Virus record (IMG/VR): IMGVR_UViG_3300042350_005891
Origin: an uncultured virus (IMG/VR IMGVR_UViG_3300042350_005891)
Lineage: Duplodnaviria > Heunggongvirae > Uroviricota > Caudoviricetes
DNA length: 64,000 nt
Strand: one strand, 5' to 3'
Part shown: positions 19,287-29,082 of the stretch, one piece after another
Numbering within the stretch: the first letter of the stretch is position 1
Layout: each line of letters opens with the position of its first letter
Made by a program: the position numbers and the translations under genes
Notes under the pieces: generated by a model
What the model was told of the DNA's origin: nothing
What the model saw: the letters and a program-made list of their open reading frames with translations, nothing else
Databases searched by the model: none

Positions 19287-19508
19287 GTGGACCGTTTGCT
19301 CCTGGCCGTGGTTCGCCAGGCTTGGAACGATCTCCAAGACCTGAGGGCCGGGAAGAAAGCCGGCAGGCCAAAAGCCTGCTTTGAGCGGGAATCGTTCGAA
19401 CTTTGTTTCGAGCTATTCTTGCCTTTACTGGGGGTAAAGGGTTATACTGCAAGTAAGATGAAGAAGCACCTTATCCCCATGCTGGAGGAAGTTTATGGAT
19501 CAAAATGA
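19287..19508 (+). CDS. Hypothetical protein
   Basis: GTG start, in operon. Confidence 0.5.
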   Translation: MDRLLLAVVRQAWNDLQDLRAGKKAGRPKACFERESFELCFELFLPLLGVKGYTASKMKKHLIPMLEEVYGSK

Positions 19509-19713
19509 CGTGATCTATGAGCTTCTGGACAGGACTGCCCGCATGGAGTCCAAGCTGGATATTCTGGTAGATTCGATTTCCAGCCAGGAGAACCGTATCC
19601 AGAACGTTGAGGGTCATATTAACCGTGGTTACGGCATTGTGGCCGTCATTACCCTGGCCATCACCACGGTAGGCCAAACCATCTGGCATAAGCTTTTCGG
19701 ACAAAGTTCTTGA
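19495..19713 (+). CDS. Coiled-coil protein with C-terminal TM helix (XhlA/holin-like)
   Basis: GGAGG Shine-Dalgarno; ENRIQNVE heptad followed by GIVAVITLAITTVG. Confidence 0.6.
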   Translation: MDQNDVIYELLDRTARMESKLDILVDSISSQENRIQNVEGHINRGYGIVAVITLAITTVGQTIWHKLFGQSS

Positions 19714-19737
19714 TTTTGTATCGGGTTCCGGCATCCT
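19710..19737 (+). promoter_or_regulatory. sigma70-type promoter
   Basis: TTGATT-16-CATCCT, 11 nt before ATG. Confidence 0.5.
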
Positions 19738-19748
19738 AGGTAAGTCCT

Positions 19749-20039
19749 ATGGGCTTTCGGAACACAAGTTTTACCAATAACTCGGGAACAATCACTTCGG
19801 CTGGAGTAAGCCAGGAGATTGTTCCTGCCAGCCCTGACCGTAATTTTCTTCTGGTCCAAAACCTATCCACGACCGATTCGATGTATGTTGGCATCGGTTA
19901 CTCGCCTACCGACACAACCGGGATCTGCATAAGCGCGAATGGAGGTGGAGTTGTGTTTGAGGACGGCGCGGTTCCGGTCGAGGCAATCCATATTTTCTGC
20001 AACACAGCCGGCGAACCTTTCGTAGCACTGGAGGGATAA
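19749..20039 (+). CDS. Small virion-associated beta-sandwich protein
   Basis: RNFLLVQNLS...MYVG pattern seen in phage structural small proteins. Confidence 0.6.
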   Translation: MGFRNTSFTNNSGTITSAGVSQEIVPASPDRNFLLVQNLSTTDSMYVGIGYSPTDTTGICISANGGGVVFEDGAVPVEAIHIFCNTAGEPFVALEG

Positions 20040-20040
20040 T

Positions 20041-20307
20041 ATGCCTGTATTTCAAAGCGGCGGTAGTGGAGGCGGGGGTGGCGGAGGTCTTACCGATACC
20101 CAGTTACGGGCAAGCCCGGTCGAGGCAACGGTAAACATTCCCGGGTGGGATATCGCCACCCACGATTACCGAGCTCTCGGCTACGACGGTTCCGGCAATT
20201 TGTCCACGGTGACCTACAAAACCGGAGGTTCCAGCGGAACCACGGTCGCCACGCTTACGCTCGGGTACGACGGAAGCGGAAACCTCACCAGCCTGACGAA
20301 GACCTAA
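20041..20307 (+). CDS. Small virion protein
   Basis: Poly-Gly; [12 protein letters not shown]; duplicated LGYDGSGNL. Confidence 0.65.
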   Translation: MPVFQSGGSGGGGGGGLTDTQLRASPVEATVNIPGWDIATHDYRALGYDGSGNLSTVTYKTGGSSGTTVATLTLGYDGSGNLTSLTKT

Positions 20308-20308
20308 T

Positions 20309-21643
20309 ATGGCGAACATCCTTGCCGCGGCTAACGGCAATTGGAGCAGCACAGCCACTTGGATTGGCGGTGTTGTCCCCACGGCGGTAGACAATGCCTA
20401 CGCAAACAATAGGACTGTTACTATTGATGTGAACGCAACCGTCACCAAACTCAGCACGCAGGCTGAAAACGGAGCGACGGCCGGCGGAAGTTTTACTTTT
20501 GCTTGCGCTGTTACTCCAATTACAGTCACAGCCACAACAATCGCGGCAGGAACAACGACGTGCTTAACGATAACAAGTAGTGGGTTATCCGGAAGATCTG
20601 CGATTGTTTATGCTACTGATGTATATCCTTCTAGCACCAATACTGGAGGTGCGGTTGGAATATTAGCAGCCCCAGCGGTAGGCGAAACCTTTTATTTTTA
20701 TGGTGGTAATTTAAGAGGTCTTACTGGCTTTAATACAGGGGCTCTTGGAGTAAACGGAAACGGAACATTTATAATAAACGCAAATATTTATGCTTCTGCA
20801 ACAACTCAGTCTCATGGAATTACTCTTGCGAGTGGTGCTTCTGCAACAATACAGGTAACCGGGAATATTTATGGCGGAACTTCTAGTGGAGCTGGTATTT
20901 ATCTTTCAGGGGTTACTACACCAATTTTAACTATAACTGGGAACATATATGGAGGAAATAATTCAAACGGAATGGGTCTTTATCTTGCAAACAATAATTC
21001 AGCTACTTTAATTGGAAACGCTTATGGTGGAACTACTGGTAATAGTGCATATGCAATTCGCCATGATGGAACTGGTGTTTTGACAATTATTGGCACATGT
21101 GAAGCAGGGACATCAACAGGTTCAGCTGGTTTGTGGATGAATGGTGGTGGTACAGCAAACGTAAAACGAGCTAAAGGTAACGGATTTGGAGTAGGTTCGG
21201 TTGGTATTGCCGCGGCAAATGGTATTTTAGTAGGGAATCAAGCAGCTATTGTCAATGTTGAAGAGCTTGAATTTGGGTCTAGGGGGATGTCCCCCGTTAG
21301 CGGTAGCATTCGGCTTACACCACTTTCCACAAATGTCTGCGTTGTGGCCTTAACGTCAAGCTCTACCAAAACACTTGTCGACGCATCTTCTTCGCTTGAC
21401 TTCCCGGCTACCTCAAACGTTCGTTCTGGCGTTTCGTACAATGCTGGAAGTTTTGTCGGCACTTGCGCTGTCCCAACCCCTTCTTCCGTTGTTAGCGGAG
21501 TGGCTGTAGATGCTACCGTAGGCACGGCAAGTTTATCTCCAGCTAGCGTGTGGGGTTACCCAATAGGTTCTGTTTCAAGTGGCTCGGTTGGGGAAAAACT
21601 TAAGAAAACCGCAATTCCCGCTGATATCATTGCTTTAGGATAA
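20309..21643 (+). CDS. Gly/Thr/Asn-rich repeat fibre-like protein, paralog 1
   Basis: ITGNIYGG repeats; N- and C-termini shared with the next gene. Confidence 0.75.
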   Translation: MANILAAANGNWSSTATWIGGVVPTAVDNAYANNRTVTIDVNATVTKLSTQAENGATAGGSFTFACAVTPITVTATTIAAGTTTCLTITSSGLSGRSAIVYATDVYPSSTNTGGAVGILAAPAVGETFYFYGGNLRGLTGFNTGALGVNGNGTFIINANIYASATTQSHGITLASGASATIQVTGNIYGGTSSGAGIYLSGVTTPILTITGNIYGGNNSNGMGLYLANNNSATLIGNAYGGTTGNSAYAIRHDGTGVLTIIGTCEAGTSTGSAGLWMNGGGTANVKRAKGNGFGVGSVGIAAANGILVGNQAAIVNVEELEFGSRGMSPVSGSIRLTPLSTNVCVVALTSSSTKTLVDASSSLDFPATSNVRSGVSYNAGSFVGTCAVPTPSSVVSGVAVDATVGTASLSPASVWGYPIGSVSSGSVGEKLKKTAIPADIIALG

Positions 21644-21646
21644 TTT

Positions 21647-23530
21647 ATGGCCACACGATATGCAGTAGCCACTGGAAACTGGTCGAACACCGCCACCTGG
21701 GATGGAGGGACACTTCCGACTGCCGCCGATGATGTTCACGCCAATAATAGAACAGTCACGATTGACCAGAATGTTACGGTTTTGAGTCTTAGGACAACTG
21801 CTGGAGGGGCAGCTGTTGCGGGAGGTGGGTTTTCAATTCCTAATGGTAGTTCTTATAATGTGACCGCAACAAACGGCTTTATCGCTGGAAGTAATTCGGT
21901 ATTAACTATTACTGGTACAGGAACTAGAGTAATTACTGGGAATGCAACTGGTAGCGCAACAACTGCAATTGTTAACACCATTTATGTTACGCATTCTTCT
22001 GGAAATATTCCGAATGTCACCATAAATGGTAATTTACTTGGTGGGAGTCAAAGCAATTCTGTTGCGCTCTATATTTGGGGAGGATATGTCACAATAAATG
22101 GAAGCGTAACTGGTGGAACAGCGAGCACAAATGCTCACGGTATTAGTATTTTTAACTCTGACAACCAGCCCACTCAATTAACAGTAAATACTGGACCAGT
22201 TACAGGAGGATCATCTTCGAGTGGGAGTACGGCTGGTATTAGCGTAGGATATTCTCCAACAGGATCATCACTAACTAATTCTTTTATAAATATTAATTGT
22301 AATATTGTAGGTGGAACCGTAGGTAATAATAATCACGCCTATAACTCAAGTTCTACAATTCCGCTAACTGTGGTAGGAAATATTACAAGTGGCACTACCT
22401 CAAGTGGTATTAACTCCACGACAGTAACTATTGCGGGTTCGTCTGTAAGTATTACGGGTACTTGTACAGCTGGATTAGTTACAGCGGTTCAAGTTTCCGC
22501 ATTTTCGGTAACCATCCTTGGAGATATAGTGGGCGGGACGGGAACAAATACGGGTGGATTAACCTATGGTGGAATTGGGACATGCACAGTCACTGGAACA
22601 ATTTATGGAAGCACATCAAACATAAATGGTCGAGGAATCTACGCTGGCTTCAATACTCCCGGACATCTTATAGTTAACGGAGATGTCTACGCAAGAAATG
22701 GCTTAGGGATTTCAAATACTGGAAATGGTCAAATCACTGTTAATGGTAATATATATGGCGGTACAGCTACAAGCGCACATGGGATGAATCCTAGCTCAAC
22801 CAATCTTATAACTATCAATGGAAATATATTTGGCGGAAGCGGGAGTGGTGCATGCGGTATAGCTACTTCATCTACTTCAACTATCATCGTAAACGGAAAT
22901 GTTACCGGCGGGACAAATAATGTTGCTATAGGGATTAGACAAAATTCTAGTGGGATTGTAACAATAAATGGCACGGTTACGGCAGGAACAGGTCCTAATG
23001 CCCATGGAGCATCAAATACAAGTACAGGTACAATTATCGCCAAAAGAGCAAAGGGGAATGACTACGGCGCAGGATCTGTCGGGATACAGCAAGCTTATGC
23101 TTTAACTTCAGAGGCTCAAGGCTCTGTGACCTATGTAGAAGAAATAGAAATGGGTTCTCGTGGAGCATTTCCACTTTTTAACCATGTGTTATTCACCAAT
23201 GTAACCACGAATTCTGCGTCTTTTTACACCACCGGTTTGGCTTCAGTAAAAACCCTAGTTGATCCAAATGCCACTGGCTTGATGCCTTCAGCCTCAAACG
23301 TTCGACTCGGAACCACCTATGCCTCTGGTAATTTTACAGGCACAATGGCCGTCCCAGCCGCAAGCTCCGTGGCCGCAGGCGTGGCGGTGGACAACACCGT
23401 CGGCACCGCCGTCCTAACCCAGGCCAATGTCTGGTCTTACTCCCTGTCGTCCGCTTCAGGGACCGCAGGGTCTGTCGGGGAGAAACTTAAGAAAGCCGCC
23501 ACCGCCGCGGACATTATTGCGCTCGGGTAG
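21647..23530 (+). CDS. Gly/Thr/Asn-rich repeat fibre-like protein, paralog 2
   Basis: INGNIxGG repeats; same terminal GSVGEKLKK...ADIIALG. Confidence 0.75.
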   Translation: MATRYAVATGNWSNTATWDGGTLPTAADDVHANNRTVTIDQNVTVLSLRTTAGGAAVAGGGFSIPNGSSYNVTATNGFIAGSNSVLTITGTGTRVITGNATGSATTAIVNTIYVTHSSGNIPNVTINGNLLGGSQSNSVALYIWGGYVTINGSVTGGTASTNAHGISIFNSDNQPTQLTVNTGPVTGGSSSSGSTAGISVGYSPTGSSLTNSFININCNIVGGTVGNNNHAYNSSSTIPLTVVGNITSGTTSSGINSTTVTIAGSSVSITGTCTAGLVTAVQVSAFSVTILGDIVGGTGTNTGGLTYGGIGTCTVTGTIYGSTSNINGRGIYAGFNTPGHLIVNGDVYARNGLGISNTGNGQITVNGNIYGGTATSAHGMNPSSTNLITINGNIFGGSGSGACGIATSSTSTIIVNGNVTGGTNNVAIGIRQNSSGIVTINGTVTAGTGPNAHGASNTSTGTIIAKRAKGNDYGAGSVGIQQAYALTSEAQGSVTYVEEIEMGSRGAFPLFNHVLFTNVTTNSASFYTTGLASVKTLVDPNATGLMPSASNVRLGTTYASGNFTGTMAVPAASSVAAGVAVDNTVGTAVLTQANVWSYSLSSASGTAGSVGEKLKKAATAADIIALG

Positions 23531-23532
23531 AC

Positions 23533-23560
23533 TTGACAACAAAAACCAATACTGCACACT
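23533..23560 (+). promoter_or_regulatory. sigma70-type promoter
   Basis: TTGACA-16-CACACT, 8 nt before ATG. Confidence 0.65.
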
Positions 23561-23568
23561 AAAGATCT

Positions 23569-23880
23569 ATGAGTTTTTTAGATGAAAATCTTACACCGTC
23601 CGTAACTCAGGAAACAGATGCCTCGCTTGTAGCTCTTGGACAGCGCGGTTGCGTGTGCATTTTTGACGGTGGCTCCGCTACCGGTAATTTCGCCGCCATT
23701 CAGTGTATAACTGATTGTGTTTTTTTAGCCCTTGATACTGTTGAGGGAGCCGATGTGAATTCTCCATTTTATCCGTTGGTCGGCAATGGCGCTACTATTC
23801 CTACCGGAACTATTTTGTACGGGCCCATTACTTATGTTGATTTGAATCCCGGTTGTATTGTTATAGCCTACAAGGCTTAA
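23569..23880 (+). CDS. Hypothetical virion protein
   Basis: TIPTGTILYG...IAYK pattern. Confidence 0.6.
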   Translation: MSFLDENLTPSVTQETDASLVALGQRGCVCIFDGGSATGNFAAIQCITDCVFLALDTVEGADVNSPFYPLVGNGATIPTGTILYGPITYVDLNPGCIVIAYKA

Positions 23881-23886
23881 TCCGCC

Positions 23887-24582
23887 ATGCCGAAACTCGG
23901 CCTAGGCTTGGGGTTGCCGCTTACCAAGATTTCGGCTGCTGGGTTTTCCCCGGCTAGTATCCCAGGTCTTCAACTTTGGCTTAAGGCTGATGCGGGAGTT
24001 ACCACTGTAGGAGGTAGCGTAACTCTTTGGGCCGATCAAAGCCCGAATGGAAATGATGTCGCTGAAGTAATTTCAAGCCCAACTTTCGAATCGAATGTTA
24101 TAAATGGACTTCCATCAATATTGTTTGACGGCGCTCGGTTAGACGGAAATGATATTATTACGGCTAAAACAATATACGCAGTTGTTAAAGGTTTAGCCTA
24201 TGAACCTTCACAATATGCCGTAATCGTTGAATGCACAGGAGGCGGATTATATAGTGCGATTTCAGGAACTGATTGGGGATCATATTTTGGTACAGAAATA
24301 TCAAGTAACGACACTCTTTCAGAAAACACACCGGCAATCATAGCATCCTTATCGGATGCCGGATCAACTTATTCTTTTAGAAAAAATGGGTCAGAGATTA
24401 TTGCTGGGTCTAATGGAGAGGGTTTTTACTCAAGGTCAGCCCTGTATATTGGTAATGATGGAGTAGAGGGTCAGCCGGCAGATGTTTACGTAAGTGAAAT
24501 TATTATTTACGACAATTTGATTTCCGAAGAAAATATTCAAAAAATTGAAGAATATTTAAACACAAAATATGCAATTTATTAG
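23887..24582 (+). CDS. Concanavalin A/LamG-like beta-sandwich protein
   Basis: LQLWLKADAGV...WADQS...SEIIIY...YLNTKY. Confidence 0.7.
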   Translation: MPKLGLGLGLPLTKISAAGFSPASIPGLQLWLKADAGVTTVGGSVTLWADQSPNGNDVAEVISSPTFESNVINGLPSILFDGARLDGNDIITAKTIYAVVKGLAYEPSQYAVIVECTGGGLYSAISGTDWGSYFGTEISSNDTLSENTPAIIASLSDAGSTYSFRKNGSEIIAGSNGEGFYSRSALYIGNDGVEGQPADVYVSEIIIYDNLISEENIQKIEEYLNTKYAIY

Positions 24583-24955
24583 TCTTATATTTATTTGCGT
24601 TTTACTGACCTCCTGCGCCAGCACCAGAACCACGTCCTCCGGCTCCCTGACTCTCGAAGCAACGACGCAATCCGTCTTGAAGGCTCAAGCCATCGCCCGT
24701 TCCATCCCGGAGTGCAGACCCGTGGCTGACGAGCTAGACAATACCAAGAGTCAAATCCTAAAACTCCAGGCCCAGGTGGACAAAAACTTCAAGGAGCGTT
24801 CCGAGATGGTTGAGCGGCTGGAGTATCTTGAGCACAAGTACAGCAAAGCCGTGGGTTTGCTTTGGAAATGGCGCTTGATTGCCATCGGTGGGCTACTCCT
24901 TTTACCCGCATTTTTGGCCTTGCGTAATTTCTTTCCCTTTCTTAAACTCCTTTAA
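24569..24955 (+). CDS. Lipoprotein, candidate unimolecular spanin
   Basis: Lipobox LTSC, coiled coil and C-terminal TM helix; adjacent to holin and endolysin. Confidence 0.6.
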   Translation: MQFISLIFICVLLTSCASTRTTSSGSLTLEATTQSVLKAQAIARSIPECRPVADELDNTKSQILKLQAQVDKNFKERSEMVERLEYLEHKYSKAVGLLWKWRLIAIGGLLLLPAFLALRNFFPFLKLL

Positions 24956-25297
24956 GTGAAAAGGTGGCTTTGGGATAACGCCCAGGGACTTACGGCCCTC
25001 CTCTGCGGGGTGGGGCTGTTCCTTATTCTTGGCCCCCTGCTCCACAAAATTGACCCAGGGGCCGGGGTGGTCGACGTCGGGGCCCTTCACGTCATCATTT
25101 TTGGGGCGGTCAAGTTGCTCGCCGCCGTGTCCCTGGCCTGGGGAATCATCGCCATTGAGTTCAAGTTTCTTAACGACTACGTCGACTCCCAAACCCTTTT
25201 GGAGGACTGGTCAAACATCAGCGGTGAAGCCCGGGCCAAGATCCTCGTCGGTCTATTTCTTGGCCTGGTTCTGGCCTTTGCCCTTTTATGCGGGTGA
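24956..25297 (+). CDS. Holin-like membrane protein (3 TM)
   Basis: Three hydrophobic segments; precedes the endolysin. Confidence 0.65.
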   Translation: MKRWLWDNAQGLTALLCGVGLFLILGPLLHKIDPGAGVVDVGALHVIIFGAVKLLAAVSLAWGIIAIEFKFLNDYVDSQTLLEDWSNISGEARAKILVGLFLGLVLAFALLCG

Positions 25298-25830
25298 TTT
25301 ATGTCCTGGTTCTGGCGTCTTTATTTGGGTTGGGTTCCGGAGCCCGAGCTACTGAGGGAGTCCCAGCTACGCGAGAAGGAAGAGTTGCGGAAGTTATTCG
25401 CGTGGCTCGCGGAACCATCGGATGGCGAGAGGTCGGGCGAAACGCCGGGCCCATGGTGGACAAAATCCTCGCATCGGTCGGACTAGCCGGGAGCAGGGCT
25501 CCCTGGTGCGCGGCATGGGTGGTATATGTAGGCGATGAAGCCCTCGGCAAGGAAAAGAACCCCTACCCGCGTTCTGCTTGGAGCCCCGATTTCGTTAAAG
25601 CTCCAGACTGGAACCGAGGTCGTGGAACGAGGCCGGCCCCGTCCGACGCCTTTGGGATTTATTTTTCAAACCTTGGCCGCGTGGCTCACACGGGTCTGGT
25701 GGAAAAGCTAGAGGGCAAGATGGTGGTGACCATCGAGGGTAACACCAACGACGACGGGAGCCGGGAGGGGGATGGGGTCTATCGCAAGCGCCGGCCTCTT
25801 GATACAATGCTTGCCAAGAGGTGGTTATGA
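25288..25830 (+). CDS. CHAP-domain endolysin with signal peptide
   Basis: PWCAAWV, HTGLV, TIEGNT; N-terminal hydrophobic segment ending ARA. Confidence 0.85.
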   Translation: MRVIYVLVLASLFGLGSGARATEGVPATREGRVAEVIRVARGTIGWREVGRNAGPMVDKILASVGLAGSRAPWCAAWVVYVGDEALGKEKNPYPRSAWSPDFVKAPDWNRGRGTRPAPSDAFGIYFSNLGRVAHTGLVEKLEGKMVVTIEGNTNDDGSREGDGVYRKRRPLDTMLAKRWL

Positions 25831-26240
25831 GTATTCGATTAGGTGCCATAGGCGTACAGAAGGTTTCGGCCAAACTCCTGGAACACGGGTTTTTGGTCAG
25901 CCTGCCCGTTTACGACGACGGCTACGACCTTGTCGTGGATTGGAAGGGGAAATTGACCCGTGTACAGGTGAAGTGCACTTCTGGAAGCGAGGACTCCAGG
26001 AGGAACAAGTTTAAGTTTTTGGCGGTCAGAGGACCGGGATTTGGTGTGGCCAAGTTCAGAGATTCTCCCCATTTAGGGGTTAAACGAATTTATAACCGTA
26101 GCGATTGCGACGTCATGGTTTTCTACCACAGTGTGCAGGACGCGATTTTTATCCTACCAACCGGGAAGTTGCCCAAGACCAAATCCATATATTTTGACCC
26201 AAATTCCAAATGGAGGGACAACTGGGCAGTCCTAAAGTAG
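25827..26240 (+). CDS. PD-(D/E)XK endonuclease, group I intron-associated type, free-standing
   Basis: GYDLVVD...RVQVK...YNRSDCD. Confidence 0.75.
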   Translation: MSIRLGAIGVQKVSAKLLEHGFLVSLPVYDDGYDLVVDWKGKLTRVQVKCTSGSEDSRRNKFKFLAVRGPGFGVAKFRDSPHLGVKRIYNRSDCDVMVFYHSVQDAIFILPTGKLPKTKSIYFDPNSKWRDNWAVLK

Positions 26241-26246
26241 GAATGC

Positions 26247-26274
26247 TTGACTCGTAAAACCCAACCGGCATACT
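26247..26274 (+). promoter_or_regulatory. sigma70-type promoter
   Basis: TTGACT-16-CATACT, 7 nt before ATG. Confidence 0.7.
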
Positions 26275-26281
26275 ACTTGCG

Positions 26282-27067
26282 ATGAGTTTTCCCAATCCCG
26301 ATAACTACGCTCGTGACTGTGAATGTAGCGCGACAGGTTCAGCGCCCCTGCCGGATGATTACTTTAGGACAATCCCGGCGCCCATCGTTCATATTGACGC
26401 TGGGTCGGCAGTTCCGACATTAAAAGTTTCTTATATTCCGACGAACACACGTTCCACTTGGCTTACCAGCAACACGGAGGTTTGGGTTTTCGCGTACAAA
26501 AAAGCCAAGTATAACGGCGGCGCCACCCCCCGACAACGTTACGGTCGTTTTGTTCACCCTGTGGACACGACAAGGGCTGCGACAACTTCGCCTTTTTACG
26601 GCGGGAGTGGTGGAGCCGTAGACGGGTTTACTTACCACACGGAATTTCCTTTCCTTAACGGGACGGCAATCCCGGACCCGTATGTTCATGTTCCGCTTAC
26701 GGGGTTTAGCCCGCTTGAGTTTTTCAGAACCAGAACCAGCCCAGGAACTGCCGGAACTCAAAGGCAAGTAATCGAAGGGGATTTTCCTATTGCAGGCACT
26801 GCAAACTCCGACCAAGTAAACTATGTTTTTAACAAAAAACTGTTTAATTGTTATGGGTATGGCAGTTATTATAACGGCGGAAAAGGTGGGCGCACAGTAA
26901 AATTGCAATTACGTTTTGTGATTCCCAATCCGGATACCACTTCAACCAAGTTCAATAAAATTATGGGCCCTCCATCCGACACAATTTATTGTTTACCGAA
27001 GTATAGTGATACTGCTCAAGCGCTAGTTAAAGCGGGGAGTATCGATGGGATCAGGATAACCTTGTGA
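26282..27067 (+). CDS. Hypothetical protein (tail-associated?)
   Basis: 261-aa ORF with its own promoter. Confidence 0.65.
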   Translation: MSFPNPDNYARDCECSATGSAPLPDDYFRTIPAPIVHIDAGSAVPTLKVSYIPTNTRSTWLTSNTEVWVFAYKKAKYNGGATPRQRYGRFVHPVDTTRAATTSPFYGGSGGAVDGFTYHTEFPFLNGTAIPDPYVHVPLTGFSPLEFFRTRTSPGTAGTQRQVIEGDFPIAGTANSDQVNYVFNKKLFNCYGYGSYYNGGKGGRTVKLQLRFVIPNPDTTSTKFNKIMGPPSDTIYCLPKYSDTAQALVKAGSIDGIRITL

Positions 27068-27070
27068 ACT

Positions 27071-27178
27071 CACCGTTAATATGGGGGCCTTTTCTGGGTA
27101 GGCCCGCTTCGGCGGGCCTTCCTTTGGATAGGCCCGCTTCGGCGGGCCTCTTGTGGAAGGGCCTCCGTATTAACGGTG
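27071..27178 (+). ncRNA. Three-way-junction RNA element with twin identical UUCG hairpins
   Basis: 24-bp outer stem with four G·U pairs encloses two copies of AGGCCCGC-TTCG-GCGGGCCT. Confidence 0.7.
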
Positions 27179-27192
27179 TAAAGGAGAAATAA

Positions 27193-29076
27193 ATGAGCTG
27201 CGATTGCAACACACTTGTTATTGGGGAAGCCGGGCCGCAGGGACCTCAGGGTCTTGCCGGTACTAACGGTACTAATGGCACAAATGGTATCAACGCTTTT
27301 ACCACTCTTAGTGCTTCCTTTACTCAGCCTTCCGTTTCCTCAACGGTAACAATCACGGTTGGCACCAATCAATGGATGGCTGTCGGCCAGGCCATTTACA
27401 TTTCCCAAGCCGGGTTCTACACGGTCAACTCTTTGTCCGGCACAACCCAGGTCACCGTAACGCTTGTAAAGACGGACGGAGTAAGCTCGGCTTCCACTGT
27501 TTCGTCGGGCCGCAAGATTTCACCTTCCGCGGTGGCGACCTATTCCGCCCCCCTTTCCTCGCTAACGGTCAACGGCGATTCGACGCTCGACGGTTCCGTG
27601 ACGATCAACGACAGCGGGGCTGACAAGGATGTGCGGATTGAGGGCGACGCGGAGCCTTACCTGTTCGTAACCGACGCCAGCGCTGACCGGGTTGGCGTCG
27701 GCATCCAGACCCCCGAAACAAGGTTCCATATTTCCGGGGCCTTTAAGGTTGGGACTTCTTCCGCCGGGGCCGATTCCATTTTCACCCGTGCGGCTACTTT
27801 CAACGACAACCAATCTTCGACCGGTGACTTCAATGTAAAGAGCGCCCTTTTGTCGTCCGCCTTGTTTGTGGACGCGAGCGCTGACCGCGTTGGTATCGGG
27901 ACAAACACGCCGTCCAAGCTCCTCGACGTGGCCGGTGCGATGGAAACAAATACCATTTTGGTTAACCCCGGGGCTGTTGTCGGAACCGAGGTTCTTAAAG
28001 TTTTGGGTTCGGGAAGCCTAGTTCCCCTGGTCGTCGATGCGACGAACAATCGCGTTGGAATCAAGACTTCCAGCCCGACGGTTGAGTTGGACGTTACCGG
28101 TGCGGCCAAGATCAGCGGCAATCTGACCGTTGACACCAGCACCCTTTTTGTTGACGCCTCAAACAACCGCGTAGGAATCAACGACACGACCCCCTCCTAT
28201 TCTTTGGACGTGGATGGTACGGCCAACGTAACCGGAAACACCACTGTTGGCGGAACGTTGGGCGTGACGGGCGCAACAAATCTTGCCTCGGTCAGCGTCA
28301 CCGGAGCCGTCTCCGTTGGCGGGAATCTGTCGGTCGACACCAATGTGCTGTTTGTCGATGCCTCAAATAACTTTGTCGGGGTTAACACGGCCACTCCTGT
28401 GACCGATGCATCACTTGCAGTTGCCGGCGGCGATTTCATCGTCGACACCAATGTTCTTTTTGTCGATGCATCCACCAATCGCGTGGGTATCAACGACAGC
28501 ACTCCTTCGGTGGCCCTTGAAGTTTCCGGCTCGGCGATCATTTCCCAAAGCCTTACGGTCGACACGACCACCCTCGTGGTTGACTCTGCTTCCAATCAAG
28601 TCGCGATCGGGACGGCGACTCCGGCGAGCGGAGCAGCCCTAACAATTGCCGGCGGCGACCTTGTGGTCAACACAAGCTCGCTTTTGGTCGACTTCGCGAC
28701 AAGCCGAGTCGGCATCAACAACACGACCCCGGCTGTGCCTTTGGACATCAGCGGAACAGTAAACATTAACGGCGCTTTGCAACGCAACGCGCCCGTGACC
28801 AAGACAACCGACTTCTCCCTGGCCGCGACGGAGAACTGGATCATCGTTGACAATTCCGGAAGCGCCACGACCGTGACTTTCCCGACAGCAAGTTCCTGGA
28901 CCGGTCGGGAAGTTATGATCAAAACGATCCAATCCCAGGCAGTCAATTCGGCTTCCGCCAACGTTGTTCCCCTGATTGGTGGTAGCGCCAGCACTGCCAT
29001 TTTAGCGGCGACTGCGGGCAAATGGGCCACCTTGGTGAGCGACGGCTCTAACTGGGAAATCATGGCCGGGAACTAA
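27193..29076 (+). CDS. Tail fibre protein
   Basis: Short collagen-like GXY run; about seven LFVDASxNRVGI repeats; C-terminal LVSDGSNW. Confidence 0.8.
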   Translation: MSCDCNTLVIGEAGPQGPQGLAGTNGTNGTNGINAFTTLSASFTQPSVSSTVTITVGTNQWMAVGQAIYISQAGFYTVNSLSGTTQVTVTLVKTDGVSSASTVSSGRKISPSAVATYSAPLSSLTVNGDSTLDGSVTINDSGADKDVRIEGDAEPYLFVTDASADRVGVGIQTPETRFHISGAFKVGTSSAGADSIFTRAATFNDNQSSTGDFNVKSALLSSALFVDASADRVGIGTNTPSKLLDVAGAMETNTILVNPGAVVGTEVLKVLGSGSLVPLVVDATNNRVGIKTSSPTVELDVTGAAKISGNLTVDTSTLFVDASNNRVGINDTTPSYSLDVDGTANVTGNTTVGGTLGVTGATNLASVSVTGAVSVGGNLSVDTNVLFVDASNNFVGVNTATPVTDASLAVAGGDFIVDTNVLFVDASTNRVGINDSTPSVALEVSGSAIISQSLTVDTTTLVVDSASNQVAIGTATPASGAALTIAGGDLVVNTSSLLVDFATSRVGINNTTPAVPLDISGTVNINGALQRNAPVTKTTDFSLAATENWIIVDNSGSATTVTFPTASSWTGREVMIKTIQSQAVNSASANVVPLIGGSASTAILAATAGKWATLVSDGSNWEIMAGN

Positions 29077-29082
29077 ACCGGC

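Noticed and set aside
20309..23530. Diversity-generating retroelement acting on the paralogous fibre ends
   Set aside because: No reverse transcriptase; differences are not adenine-specific and both copies are coding
25827..26281. Group I intron around the endonuclease
   Set aside because: Flanking genes appear complete and there is no non-coding space for an intron core
27100..27149. Twin palindromic repeats as a mini-CRISPR array
   Set aside because: Only two 20-nt repeats with a 10-nt spacer; no cas operon
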